Shown here piece by piece: positions 18,364 to 28,434 of a stretch of DNA of 64,000 nt (position 1 is the first letter of the stretch; each line of letters begins with the position of its first letter). Source of the stretch: Planctomycetota bacterium (GTDB taxonomy: Bacteria; Planctomycetota; UBA8108; SXIK01); the NCBI GenBank assembly GCA_965223845.1, contig CBDCXR010000004.1:4896001-4960000 (forward strand). Reading direction: 5' to 3'. The position numbers and the translations under genes were made by a program. Under the pieces are notes generated by a model. That model had not been told where the DNA came from. It did not search any database and saw only the letters and a program-made list of their open reading frames with translations.

Positions 18364-20922
18364 ATGACGGGAACTCTGCGGATGATGTTGAGGAAGATCA
18401 GAGCCGCGGCCCTCGGGTGCGCACTCGCTCTCGGCACGGTGGGCTCCGGTCCGAACGGCGCCGCGGCCGCCGAGCCGAAAGAGGTCGAGCTCACCCGCGC
18501 GGAACGAGAGGCGTTCTTCGTCAAGGACGTCTGGCCGATCCTCGAAGACAGCTGCGTGAAGTGTCACGGCAGCCAGCGCGTGAAGAACGGTCTCCGACTC
18601 GACAGTCGCGCGGCGATCCTGCGCGGCGGCGAGCGCGGTCCGGCCGTCTCGGCCGACAACCCGAAAGCGAGTCTCCTCCTCCACGCGGTCAGCTACCGCG
18701 ACGAAAACTTGGAGATGCCGCCGATCGGAAAGCTCGCCGATGAGAAGATCGCGATCCTCTCGCGCTGGGTGCGCCTCGGGCTTCCTTGGAAGGAGGGTAT
18801 CGGCTCGACGGAGACGGCGGCCCCGGAGGCGCACGCCGCACCGCTGGTCACGCCCGAGGCGAAGAATTTTTGGTCGTTTCTCCCGATCACTCGCCCCGCG
18901 ACGCCCCAGGTCGCGAGCGCGGAGTGGCCACGAAACCCGATCGATCACTTTGTCCTCGCCGGGCTCGAGGCTCGCGGGATCGAGCCCGCGAAACCGGCCG
19001 AGAAGATCGCGCTCTTCCGTCGCGTCGCGTTCGATCTCACCGGTCTTCCGCCGACTCCCGAACAAACTCGCGAGTTCGTCGCGGATCAGCGGCCGACGGC
19101 GTACGAAGACGCGGTGGATCGACTGCTCGACTCCCCGCAGTTCGGCGAACGCTGGGCGCGGCACTGGCTCGATCTCGTCCGGTTCGGCGAGACCCACAGC
19201 TTCGAGCGCGACAATCGGAAGCCGAACGCCTGGCGATATCGCGACTACGTGATTCGCTCGCTGAACGACGACAAGCCGTACAACCAGTTCGTGCTCGAGC
19301 AACTCGCCGGGGATGAGCTCGACGAACCGACCGCTGATTCGATCACCGCGACGGCGTTCTACCGGCTCGGACCGTGGGATGACGAACCGACGGATCGTCT
19401 TCAGGCGCGCTACGATGAGTACGACGACGTCATCACGACGACCGGTCAGGCCTTTCTCGGGCTCACCGTGAACTGCGCGCGCTGTCACGACCACAAGCTC
19501 GACCCGATTCCGCAGGAAGACTACTACCGTCTGCTCGCGTTTTTCCACAACGTGACACCGACGGGCCGCGGACGCGTGGACTCGATCCAGGCGGACATCA
19601 CATCCGAAATGGACCGGGAAGCCATCGAGCGAGAAAAAGTCGCGCTCGCGGAACAGCGCGAGGACGTTCGCCGGCAGATCGAGGCCCTCGAGTCGGTCGT
19701 CGTCTCGAAGCTGCCGAAAGATCTTCGCGTGGCCGCGAAGGACGGGGATAGGCGGAAACGGCTCATCACCGAGAATCTGTCGAAGCAGCTCTGCAAGGAA
19801 GAGCTAGCGCGTTACCGGGAGCTCGAAGAAGTAGAGAAGAGACTCGCGCAGCGAAAGGTGACGAAGAGCGATACGAAGACGCTCGCCGTGCGCGAGGAGG
19901 GAACGTCGGCGCCGGAGACGTTCGTTCTCGTTCGCGGCAATGCGCACGTGCGCGGGAAGAAGGTGGAGCCGGGCTTTCCGAAGGTCCTCGGCGGTGACGG
20001 TCCGGCGGAGATTCCGGCGCCGCGCGAGGGATCGGCGACGAGCGGACGTCGTCGCGTCCTCGCCAAATGGATCGCTAGCGATAGGAATCCGCTCACCGCG
20101 CGCGTCATCGTCAATCGCCTGTGGCAGCACCTCTTCGACCGGGGCATCGTCGCGTCGCCGAACAACTTCGGACGACTCGGCGCGCCGCCGACGCATCCGA
20201 AGCTGCTCGATTGGCTCGCGAGCGAGCTCGTCGCGGAGGGCTGGAGCCTGAAGCACGTCATCCGCACCATCGTCACGTCGAGCACCTACCGAATGTCTTC
20301 GCGCGCGCACGCCGCGGGTCTCACAGCGGACATCGACAACGCGCACTTTTGGCGTCAGAACATGCGGCGGCTCGCCGCCGAAGAAATCCGCGACTCGATT
20401 CTCGCGATCAACGGGACGCTCAACCTCAAGATGGGCGGACCGGGCATCTACACGATCATCCCCCGCGAAGTTCTCCAGGGTCAGTCGCGCCCGGGTTCAG
20501 GCTGGGGAAAGTCATCGGACGAAGAGCGGTCGCGGCGGAGCGTCTACATTCACGTGAAGCGCTCGCTGATCACGCCGTTTCTCGTGACGTACGATTTCGC
20601 GGACACCGACAGCAGTTGTCCCGTGCGCTTCACGACGACGCAGCCGACGCAAGCACTCACGATGCTGAACAGCGAGTTCATGCAGCGCGAGACGAAGCGG
20701 TTTGCGGAACGCCTCCGACGCGAGGCGCCGAACCGCGTCGCGGACCAGGTTCGCCGTGCACTCGAGCTCACGCTGTCACGCGACGCCCGTCCGGAAGAGA
20801 TCGAGCGCGGCGTCGACCTGATTCGCGATCTCACCGAGAACGAGAAACTGACGCCCGAGCGCGCCCTCGAAATGTTCGCGCTCCTCGCTCTCAACCTGAA
20901 CGAGTTCCTTTACCTCGACTAA
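18364..20922 (+). CDS. Planctomycete cytochrome c (PSCyt1) / DUF1549 / DUF1553 protein
   Basis: CVKCHG..GLRLD; NPIDHF, RRVAFDLTGLPP, GERWARHWLD, CARCHDHK, NPLTARVIVNRLW, PTHPKLLDWLA, RRSVY. Confidence 0.93.
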   Translation: MTGTLRMMLRKIRAAALGCALALGTVGSGPNGAAAAEPKEVELTRAEREAFFVKDVWPILEDSCVKCHGSQRVKNGLRLDSRAAILRGGERGPAVSADNPKASLLLHAVSYRDENLEMPPIGKLADEKIAILSRWVRLGLPWKEGIGSTETAAPEAHAAPLVTPEAKNFWSFLPITRPATPQVASAEWPRNPIDHFVLAGLEARGIEPAKPAEKIALFRRVAFDLTGLPPTPEQTREFVADQRPTAYEDAVDRLLDSPQFGERWARHWLDLVRFGETHSFERDNRKPNAWRYRDYVIRSLNDDKPYNQFVLEQLAGDELDEPTADSITATAFYRLGPWDDEPTDRLQARYDEYDDVITTTGQAFLGLTVNCARCHDHKLDPIPQEDYYRLLAFFHNVTPTGRGRVDSIQADITSEMDREAIEREKVALAEQREDVRRQIEALESVVVSKLPKDLRVAAKDGDRRKRLITENLSKQLCKEELARYRELEEVEKRLAQRKVTKSDTKTLAVREEGTSAPETFVLVRGNAHVRGKKVEPGFPKVLGGDGPAEIPAPREGSATSGRRRVLAKWIASDRNPLTARVIVNRLWQHLFDRGIVASPNNFGRLGAPPTHPKLLDWLASELVAEGWSLKHVIRTIVTSSTYRMSSRAHAAGLTADIDNAHFWRQNMRRLAAEEIRDSILAINGTLNLKMGGPGIYTIIPREVLQGQSRPGSGWGKSSDEERSRRSVYIHVKRSLITPFLVTYDFADTDSSCPVRFTTTQPTQALTMLNSEFMQRETKRFAERLRREAPNRVADQVRRALELTLSRDARPEEIERGVDLIRDLTENEKLTPERALEMFALLALNLNEFLYLD

Positions 20923-20946
20923 TACGCCAAGAGATTTCGTAGAGCC

Positions 20947-22440
20947 ATGACACCGTTCGGAACCGCATCAGCAAGCTCGGCCCCCGGCGGCGCGTTTTGC
21001 GGCCGCACGCGCCGCGAGTTCATCTGGCAGACCGGCGCGGGATTCACCTCCGTCGCGCTCACGGGAATGCTCGGCGTCGACGGTTTTCTTTCGCGACAGG
21101 CCTACGCCGCAGACGGGGTCACGCCGTATGCGAATCCGCTCGCGCCGAGAACGGCTCACACTCCCGGCAAGGCGAAAGCCGTCATTTTTCTTTTCATGTA
21201 CGGCGGACCGAGTCACGTCGACACCTTCGATCACAAGCCGATCCTCTATCGCCTCGATGGCAAGACCGTCGACGTAAAGACGAAGGGACGCGGCGGCTCG
21301 AAGAACAAGGGGCGCATCGTCGGCCCGAAGTGGAGCTTTCAGCGCTACGGGGAATCCGGCCAGTGGGTGTCGGAGCTGTTCCCGAACGTCGCTAGGTGCG
21401 TCGACGACATCGCGTTCATCAAATCGATGACCGCCGACTCGCCGCTTCATGGCTCGGCGATGCTCCAGATGAACAGCGGTCAGATCCTGAGCGGCAGTCC
21501 GTGCCTCGGTTCGTGGGTCACATACGGTCTCGGCAGCGAGAACGAAAACCTGCCCGGCTTTGTCGTCATGCTCGACCCGAAGGGCGGACCGATCAGCGGT
21601 GCGAAGAACTGGTCGAGCGGATACATGCCCGCGACCTTCCAGGGAACGCTCTTTCGCTCCGAGGGGTCGCCGATCCTCGACCTCCAGCCGCCCCAAGGAA
21701 TCACGCGTCAGACGCAGCGAAAGCTCATCGACCGCCTGAACGCCTACAACCGCGAGCACCTCGAGCCGCGGATCGACAACACGCGACTCTCGGCGCGGAT
21801 CGCCAGCTACGAGCTCGCCTACAACATGCAGATGGCTGCACCCGAGGCGACCGACCTCGCGAGCGAGAGCGAGGCGACGAAGCGGATGTACGGGCTCGAT
21901 CACAAGCGTACGGAGAGCTTCGGCCGCCGCTGTCTCCTCGCCCGACGTCTCGTCGAGCGCGGCGTGCGCTTCGTTCAGATCTACTCGGGCGGCGCTCACA
22001 ACGACGACAACTGGGACGCGCACGGCGACCTCGAGAAGAACCACAATTACCACGCGGGGAACACCGACCAGCCCATCGCCGGCCTGTTGAACGACCTCAA
22101 ACAGCGCGGCCTCCTCGAGGAGACGATCGTCATTTGGGGTGGCGAGTTTGGACGTCAGCCGACTGCAGAGTACGCGAAGGGGACGGGCCGCGACCACAAC
22201 GCCTACGGCTTTACGATGTGGATGGCCGGCGGTGGGATCAAGGGCGGCCAAAGCATCGGCGCGACGGATGAGCTCGGAAGTCGCGCGGTCGAGCGTCGCT
22301 TCCACGTGAAGCGGCTCCACGCAACCGTGCTCCATCAACTCGGCATCGATCCGAATCAGCTCACCTACTTCCACGGCGGGCTCGACAAGAAACTCGTCGG
22401 CGTCGAACACACCGAGCCGATCTGGGATTTGATCGCGTAG
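20947..22440 (+). CDS. DUF1501 domain protein (Tat-like signal)
   Basis: TRREF; GGPSHVDTFD, GSWVTYGLGS, LLARRLVERGVRFV, WDAH, GEFGR, GRDH. Confidence 0.93.
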   Translation: MTPFGTASASSAPGGAFCGRTRREFIWQTGAGFTSVALTGMLGVDGFLSRQAYAADGVTPYANPLAPRTAHTPGKAKAVIFLFMYGGPSHVDTFDHKPILYRLDGKTVDVKTKGRGGSKNKGRIVGPKWSFQRYGESGQWVSELFPNVARCVDDIAFIKSMTADSPLHGSAMLQMNSGQILSGSPCLGSWVTYGLGSENENLPGFVVMLDPKGGPISGAKNWSSGYMPATFQGTLFRSEGSPILDLQPPQGITRQTQRKLIDRLNAYNREHLEPRIDNTRLSARIASYELAYNMQMAAPEATDLASESEATKRMYGLDHKRTESFGRRCLLARRLVERGVRFVQIYSGGAHNDDNWDAHGDLEKNHNYHAGNTDQPIAGLLNDLKQRGLLEETIVIWGGEFGRQPTAEYAKGTGRDHNAYGFTMWMAGGGIKGGQSIGATDELGSRAVERRFHVKRLHATVLHQLGIDPNQLTYFHGGLDKKLVGVEHTEPIWDLIA

Positions 22441-22539
22441 CCGAGGCTTCTCCGCGCGCTCGCTCGGCTTGTCTCGAACGGCGAACGACCGCGTGTGATG
22501 CGAAAACGCGTTCGAGACGCGCCCGAACATTCACGCCTC

Positions 22540-23442
22540 GTGAGCACACCGCGCATCCATACGATCGATCTGCTCTACCTCGACAACCCGGAGACCATCG
22601 CCGCGTACCTTGTCGAAGGTCCAGAATCTCCCGTTCTCATCGAGACCGGCCCCGAGTCGACGCTCCCCGCGCTCACCCGCGGGCTGAAGGAGATCGGGCT
22701 CGAGCCAAGGGACATTCCGAATGTCCTCGTCACGCACATTCACCTCGACCACGCCGGCGCACTCGGCTGGTGGGCGGAGCAGGGTGCCGACGTCTGGGTG
22801 CACCACCGCGGCGCACCGCACATGATCGATCCGTCGCTCCTCTGGGCGAGCGCCTCTCGGATCTACGGGAAGGATATGGAGCGGTTCTGGAAGGGGATCA
22901 CACCCGCTCCGCGCGAGCGCGTGCACGCGGTTTCGCCGGGAGAGACGATCGCGGTCGGCGGACTCGAGATCGTTCCGATCGACACCCCGGGACATGCGGG
23001 CCATCACTTCGCGTACCGAGTCGGTGACATCGCGTTCGTCGGCGACGTGACCGGGATCCGCGTTCCCGGGCTGCCCTTCGTCGATCTGCCGATGCCTCCG
23101 CCCGAGTTCAAGCTCGAGTTATGGCTCGAGAGTCTCGATCGCCTCGAAAGCGAAAACCTGGGTGCGATCTATCCGACGCACTTCGACCGCGTCGAGGACG
23201 TCGCGGGGCAGCTCGACGCCGCGCGCTCGGGCCTCCGAGCAGAGGTCGACTTTATCGCGAAGAAGGTCGACGAAGGACTCGAGCGCGACGCGATCGTCGC
23301 AGAGTTCGACACGTTCAATCGCGCGAGAGCGAGCGCATCGGGACTGAGCGACGAGGAGGTCGATCGTTTCAAAACGGCGAGTCCGGTGTACATGTCGGTC
23401 GACGGAGTCCTCCGCTACCTGAAGAAGAAGGCGGATCGATAG
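22540..23442 (+). CDS. MBL-fold metallo-hydrolase
   Basis: THIHLDHAG, TPGHAGHH, GD and PTHF motifs; start uncertain (22495-22540). Confidence 0.9.
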   Translation: MSTPRIHTIDLLYLDNPETIAAYLVEGPESPVLIETGPESTLPALTRGLKEIGLEPRDIPNVLVTHIHLDHAGALGWWAEQGADVWVHHRGAPHMIDPSLLWASASRIYGKDMERFWKGITPAPRERVHAVSPGETIAVGGLEIVPIDTPGHAGHHFAYRVGDIAFVGDVTGIRVPGLPFVDLPMPPPEFKLELWLESLDRLESENLGAIYPTHFDRVEDVAGQLDAARSGLRAEVDFIAKKVDEGLERDAIVAEFDTFNRARASASGLSDEEVDRFKTASPVYMSVDGVLRYLKKKADR

Positions 23443-23487
23443 CGGCTCTCCCCCACGAATCTCTCCCCTTTTCACCAAGCCGAGGCG

Positions 23488-25098
23488 ATGGGACACACAC
23501 GAGCACGACTTCCCCGCCTGCCCCGCGAACGCCTCACACTCATCCTTTTCCTCGTCGTTCCTCTCACCCGCACTGCACCCCTCCGCTCCCAAGTCGACCC
23601 AAACGAAACGACGGGACTCGTCCGAGGGCCGTACCTACAAGCTCTCCTCCAAGACTCGGTCGAGATCATTTGGGCTACCCGCGGGCTCGCCGATCGAGGC
23701 GGTGTCCGCTTCGCTCCCCCCGACGGAGAGATGACGACGATCTCGGAAGACGCCGAATTCACCTGTCGCCCGCTCGAAGAGGGAGAGACCTGTCGTCGCG
23801 TTCGCATCGGCGGACTCGCGAGCGCAACGGAGTATCGCTACGAGATTCTGAGCGGTGACGAAGCTCTCTCAGCGCGAGACGTCTACCATTTCCGCACCCC
23901 TCCCCCGCGGGGAGAAGGAATCGTGCGCCTCGCCGCGCTCGGAGACAGTGGAGTCGGAACGCCCGACCAGAAAGCCGTCGCCGACGTGATCGCCGCCTTC
24001 GGTATCGACGGCATCGTCCACACAGGCGACGTCGACTACGGCGGTCCGAAAGGCGATCGCGATGATACGACCTTCGGTCCGTACGCGGAGATCTTTCCGA
24101 ACGCGTGCTTCTTTCCCGCAAAGGGAAACCACGACACCGAGTACGACACATTCGAAGACCAGTTCTTCCTTCCGGGAGAGCCCGCGGCAGGAAGTGAAGA
24201 CAGTCACTTCTCGTTCGACTGGGGTAGCGCACACTTCACGATCGTCAATACGACAATCGACCTGCTCGAGGAAGACGGTTCAGCGACCGAACAACTACGT
24301 TGGCTCTGCGCCGACCTCGAGGCCGCTCGAGCCTCCGGAACGCGATGGCTCATTGTCGCGATGCACGAGCCGATGTTCTCGGTCGGACCGCAAGGGAGCG
24401 TCGTGGGCGCCGCATCGGCCGCACTCCCGGTCCGCACGCTCCTCGCACCGCTCTTCGACGCGCACGCGGTCGATCTCGTTCTCATGGGAGACGATCACAA
24501 CTACCAGCGCAGTCGACCGATCACGATGGCCGCGAAACGCGGCTGCGGCGAGTGGATCGACATGCCGTGCGACGAGGAAGATCCAACGGTTTGTTACGAG
24601 GTCCGCGAAGACGACGGCCCCTGGTACACCGATCCCGGCGGCCGCGTGTACATCGTCACCGGTGGCGGAGGCCGATGGACCTACCCCAAGCACTCCAAAG
24701 CCGACGAACGCATCAACGCCGTGTTCTACGACGTCCACCACGCCGTCGAGCTGACGATTTCGCCTGCGATGCTCCAGCTCCGCGCGGTCGATCGCGAGGG
24801 CGAAGAGATCGACCGCTTCTCGATCGCCGACGTTCGGGCGCGCCGCGGCGACATGGATTTCGATGGCAATCTCTCCATCGCCGACGCGATCGCTACGCTT
24901 CAGTTCCTCTTCGTTGGAACGGACGTCGAATGTCCCCAGGTCGGAGATACGAACGACGATCACGGCCTCTCGATCGTTGATCCGATCTACGTGCTCAATC
25001 ATCTCTTCGGTGACGGTCCGCCGCCAGCGCCACCCTATCCCGAGTGCGGGAGGATCACCGCCGCTTCGAGTGGATTCTGTCGGCGGAACGGCTGCTGA
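23488..25098 (+). CDS. Secreted purple-acid-phosphatase-like metallophosphoesterase with N-terminal FN3-like and C-terminal dockerin-like module
   Basis: GPYLQ; GDSG, HTGDVDY, GNHD, MHEP, GDDHNYQR and VTGGGG motifs; RGDMDFDG...CPQVGDTNDD tail. Confidence 0.88.
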   Translation: MGHTRARLPRLPRERLTLILFLVVPLTRTAPLRSQVDPNETTGLVRGPYLQALLQDSVEIIWATRGLADRGGVRFAPPDGEMTTISEDAEFTCRPLEEGETCRRVRIGGLASATEYRYEILSGDEALSARDVYHFRTPPPRGEGIVRLAALGDSGVGTPDQKAVADVIAAFGIDGIVHTGDVDYGGPKGDRDDTTFGPYAEIFPNACFFPAKGNHDTEYDTFEDQFFLPGEPAAGSEDSHFSFDWGSAHFTIVNTTIDLLEEDGSATEQLRWLCADLEAARASGTRWLIVAMHEPMFSVGPQGSVVGAASAALPVRTLLAPLFDAHAVDLVLMGDDHNYQRSRPITMAAKRGCGEWIDMPCDEEDPTVCYEVREDDGPWYTDPGGRVYIVTGGGGRWTYPKHSKADERINAVFYDVHHAVELTISPAMLQLRAVDREGEEIDRFSIADVRARRGDMDFDGNLSIADAIATLQFLFVGTDVECPQVGDTNDDHGLSIVDPIYVLNHLFGDGPPPAPPYPECGRITAASSGFCRRNGC

Positions 25099-25110
25099 GA
25101 AGAGAGGCAA

Positions 25111-25282
25111 ACCACGAAGGGCACGAAGGACACGAAGGGAAGATAGGGATGAACACGGAGATCAGGGGAGCGGAGCGGGAACGACCCCGCATCGTCTAAA
25201 CCGTCCTTATTCCCCTATCTCTGCCATCTCTTATCTCGTAATTCTTATCTCTTCCCTTCGTGTCCTTCGTGCCCTTCGTGGT
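25111..25282. repeat. Palindromic element: 33-bp perfect inverted repeats built from three 9-bp CACGAAGGR units, 106-bp spacer
   Basis: ACCACGAAGGGCACGAAGGACACGAAGGGAAGA (25111-25143) is the exact reverse complement of 25250-25282. Confidence 0.95.
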
Positions 25283-25401
25283 GATATCCTCTTCGAGATT
25301 CGCAAACGGAAGACGACGCTCCACCTCCGCCGCTTGCCCCTCGGAATCGCCCCGTGAATCGAGTACGTTGGGACGCGTCCGAACCGACGACGAGGTGACG
25401 A

Positions 25402-26796
25402 ATGCTCACGATCTCGACCGGTGACCCGCGATTTGACTGCCGCGGCATCGCGCGCCGCGATGTCCTCCGCATCGGTGCGCTCGGACTCGGCGCGTGGACG
25501 CTCCCCGGGCTGCTTCGCGCGCGCGCCGAAGCCGCCGCGCTCGGAGGCTCTCTCGAGAACAGGTCGGAGGAGAAGTCCGTCGTCCTCCTCTTCCTCGCCG
25601 GCGGCGCGAGCCACATCGAGACCTTCGATCCGCACATCGACGCTCCACGCGGGACGCGGAGCACCACGGGAGAGGTCCCGACGACGATCCCCGGTGTGAC
25701 ATTCGGCGGCAACTTTCCGAAGCTCGCACGCCTCGCCGATCGAATGGCGATCGTCCGCTCGTTCCAGCACCGAACGACCGATCATGCCCGCGCGATCCGT
25801 GAGGTGATCACCGCGGGGAACGAGCTCGAGGCCGGCATGGGTGCTCTCTACGCGCGCCTTCGCGGCGCGACGAATCCCGAGACCGGTCTTCCGACGAGCG
25901 CGCTCGTTTCGACGGAGGAAGTCGATCGTCAGTACCGGAAGGAGCGCCAGCGGATCGCCGTCGGCGCGAGCCCGGGAAAGCTTTCGAAGGCGTACGCGCC
26001 GTTCGACCCGGCGGGCGGGAGTGAGTCGCTCGACAACATGCGGCTCCACGTTCCCGAGGAGCGTCTTCTCGGCCGGCGTCGACTCCTCCGCGCGCTCGAC
26101 GGCGTTCGGCGCGAGATCGACGCGAAGGGAGCACCCGGCGTCGTCGACAGGTACCGCGAGCAGGCGATCGATCTCATCCTCCGCGGTGCGAACGACGCGC
26201 TCGATCTCGAACGCGAAGATCCACGCGTCCTCGAGCGATATGACACGAGTGGACACCGCGTCGGCCACAAGACGTTTCGCGCGTGCACCCTCGGACGCCA
26301 GATGCTCATGGCGCGGCGACTCTGTGAGGCCGGCTGCGGATTCGTTACGGTGCAGAACTGCGGCTGGGACATGCACGCCGACGGGAACAATCCGGGCATC
26401 GTTAAGGGCATGAACATGCTCGGCACGCCACTCGACCACGCGGTGTCGGCATTCCTCGAAGACGTCGAGGAGCGTGGCCTCTCCGACAAGATCCTCCTCG
26501 TCATCACCGGCGACTTCGGTCGCACGCCGAAGGTGAACAAGCGCGGTGGACGCGATCACTGGTCGCGTCTTTCAACGCTCGCTCTCGCCGGAGGCGGCCT
26601 TCCCATGGGACAAGTGATCGGCGCGTCCAGCCCGAAGGCCGATGTTCCGTCGACCGAACCGGTCACGCTCCGGCATCTCCTCGGCACCGTGCTCGACGTG
26701 CTCTTCGATCTGGGTGAGCTGCGGCTCGTGCGCGGAATCCCGCCGGAGATCGCCCGGATGGTTGAGGGGGCGGATACGATTCCCGGGCTCGGGTGA
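25402..26796 (+). CDS. DUF1501 domain protein (second subtype, Tat-like signal)
   Basis: ARRDVLRIG; GGASHIETFDP, ARRLCEAGCGFVTV, WDMH, GDFGRTPK, GRDHW. Confidence 0.92.
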   Translation: MLTISTGDPRFDCRGIARRDVLRIGALGLGAWTLPGLLRARAEAAALGGSLENRSEEKSVVLLFLAGGASHIETFDPHIDAPRGTRSTTGEVPTTIPGVTFGGNFPKLARLADRMAIVRSFQHRTTDHARAIREVITAGNELEAGMGALYARLRGATNPETGLPTSALVSTEEVDRQYRKERQRIAVGASPGKLSKAYAPFDPAGGSESLDNMRLHVPEERLLGRRRLLRALDGVRREIDAKGAPGVVDRYREQAIDLILRGANDALDLEREDPRVLERYDTSGHRVGHKTFRACTLGRQMLMARRLCEAGCGFVTVQNCGWDMHADGNNPGIVKGMNMLGTPLDHAVSAFLEDVEERGLSDKILLVITGDFGRTPKVNKRGGRDHWSRLSTLALAGGGLPMGQVIGASSPKADVPSTEPVTLRHLLGTVLDVLFDLGELRLVRGIPPEIARMVEGADTIPGLG

Positions 26797-26814
26797 GCTT
26801 CTCGCAAGGAATTT

Positions 26815-26843
26815 CACACGAAGGACGCGAAGGAAAACCGAGG
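26815..26843 (+). repeat. Degenerate left-arm copy of the CACGAAGG element
   Basis: CACACGAAGGACGCGAAGGAAAACCGAGG, 18 bp after the DUF1501 stop and preceded by ATTT like the copy at 28435. Confidence 0.6.
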
Positions 26844-26937
26844 AGAGGGGAGGGGCGGAGGTCGGAGTCGAGGGTTCGGCCGGGGCTGGCTGGCGTGCCC
26901 GGTTTCTCATCGAAGAGGTTGATCGCTGAGGTATTCC

Positions 26938-28431
26938 GTGCGTCACCCACTTGCACTGTGTATTGCTACGTGTGTCCTCATCGCTCCGGTTGCGGCTGAC
27001 GTCGCGCCCAAGCCCAACGTCGTCTACATCATGGCGGACGAGCTCGGGTACTACGAGCTCTCGCATATGGGCCACCCCCATATCCGCACGCCGCGGCTCG
27101 ATCGGTTCGCGGCCGAAGGCCTTCGGTTTACGCACGCTCTCGCGGGCTCGTCTCTCTGCGCGCCGACGCGCGCCGTGCTCATGACCGGGAAGCACTCCGG
27201 TCACACGTCCGTCCGCACCAACGGCGGCGGCACACCGCTTCGCGAAAGCGAAGAAACCGTGGCTTCCGTTCTTCGTCGCGCGGGGTACGCAACGGGTGGT
27301 TTCGGCAAATGGGGCTGCGGCGGGCGGGGATCGACCGGGGTTCCCGAGAAGCACGGCTTCGACGTGTTCATCGGTTACTACGATCAGGTGCACGCACACT
27401 CGTTTTATCCGGCGTACATCGTCAAGAACAGCGCGGAGCTCAGGCTCCCGGGGAACCGCGGGGGGCGGAGCGGGAAGACTTACTCTCACTACGTCATCGT
27501 CGACGAAGCGAAGAAGTTCATCCGCGCGAACAAGGATCGTCCTTTCTTCTGCTACATGCCGGTGACGCCGCCCCACGGAATGTTCGACATCCCGGACGAC
27601 GATCCCGCGTGGGCTCTCTACAAAGACAAGGCGTGGCCCGAAGAAGCGAAGCGTTACGCCGCGATGGTGACGATGCTCGACCGGCACGTCGGCGAAGTCC
27701 TCGATCTTCTTTCGGATCTCGAGCTCGAGCAGAAAACCATCGTCTTCTTTTGCGGCGACAACGGCGGGAACGACTACTTTCGCTCACCGGACCGTCTGCG
27801 CGGATTCCACGCGCCGAACGTCCATCCGAAAACGGGCGTCCAGTTCCGCGGGAAGAAGGGGAATCTCTACGAAGGCGGCCTGCGCATCCCGATGCTGGTC
27901 CGCTGGCCAGGGAGGATCGAGCCGGGGCGCGTGAGTGACTTCGTGTGGTACTTCCCCGACGTCCTCCCGACGCTCGCGGAGCTCGCGGGCGCAAAGGCGC
28001 CGAAAGACAGCGATGGGATCTCCATCGTCCCCGAGCTCCTCGGCGCGAAAGTCGCGGGACGGAAGCAGAAGGGACACGAGTACTTCTACTGGGAGCTCGG
28101 ACAGCAGGTCGCCGTGCGGAAAGGCAAGTGGAAAGCGATTCGACCGGGACGGAATCGCGGATGGGAGCTCTACGACTTGTCGCGCGATGTGTCAGAGGCG
28201 ACGAACGTCGCGGCGGCGAATGCCGCAGTGCTCGAGGAGCTGAAGAAGCACGCGAAAGAGGCTCACGAACCGGCGGTGGAGGGGGTGTTCGCCGATCGGG
28301 CGAAGCACGAGAAAGATCGACAGGCCAAGTGGGGGGAGACTCGGCCGCCGGGGAGGGCTCGGGGTCGACCGCGGAGGGAGAAGAAGGAACAAAAAGAGAA
28401 AGAGAAAGAGAAAGAGAAAGAGAAAGAGTGA
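26938..28431 (+). CDS. Arylsulfatase (Cys-type, formylglycine-dependent)
   Basis: KPNVVYIMADELG, CAPTRAVLMTG (CxPxR), GKWG, GDNG, YEGGLRIP. Confidence 0.95.
   Translation: MRHPLALCIATCVLIAPVAADVAPKPNVVYIMADELGYYELSHMGHPHIRTPRLDRFAAEGLRFTHALAGSSLCAPTRAVLMTGKHSGHTSVRTNGGGTPLRESEETVASVLRRAGYATGGFGKWGCGGRGSTGVPEKHGFDVFIGYYDQVHAHSFYPAYIVKNSAELRLPGNRGGRSGKTYSHYVIVDEAKKFIRANKDRPFFCYMPVTPPHGMFDIPDDDPAWALYKDKAWPEEAKRYAAMVTMLDRHVGEVLDLLSDLELEQKTIVFFCGDNGGNDYFRSPDRLRGFHAPNVHPKTGVQFRGKKGNLYEGGLRIPMLVRWPGRIEPGRVSDFVWYFPDVLPTLAELAGAKAPKDSDGISIVPELLGAKVAGRKQKGHEYFYWELGQQVAVRKGKWKAIRPGRNRGWELYDLSRDVSEATNVAAANAAVLEELKKHAKEAHEPAVEGVFADRAKHEKDRQAKWGETRPPGRARGRPRREKKEQKEKEKEKEKEKE
28393..28428 (+). repeat. (AAAGAG)x6 microsatellite encoding a (KE)6 C-terminal tail
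   Basis: Six perfect tandem hexamers immediately before the TGA stop. Confidence 0.95.
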
Positions 28432-28434
28432 TTT

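Noticed and set aside
25231-25357. Short ORFs containing LRVLRALRG or HEGHEGHE peptides
   Set aside because: These are translations of the 9-bp periodic repeat arms, not genes.
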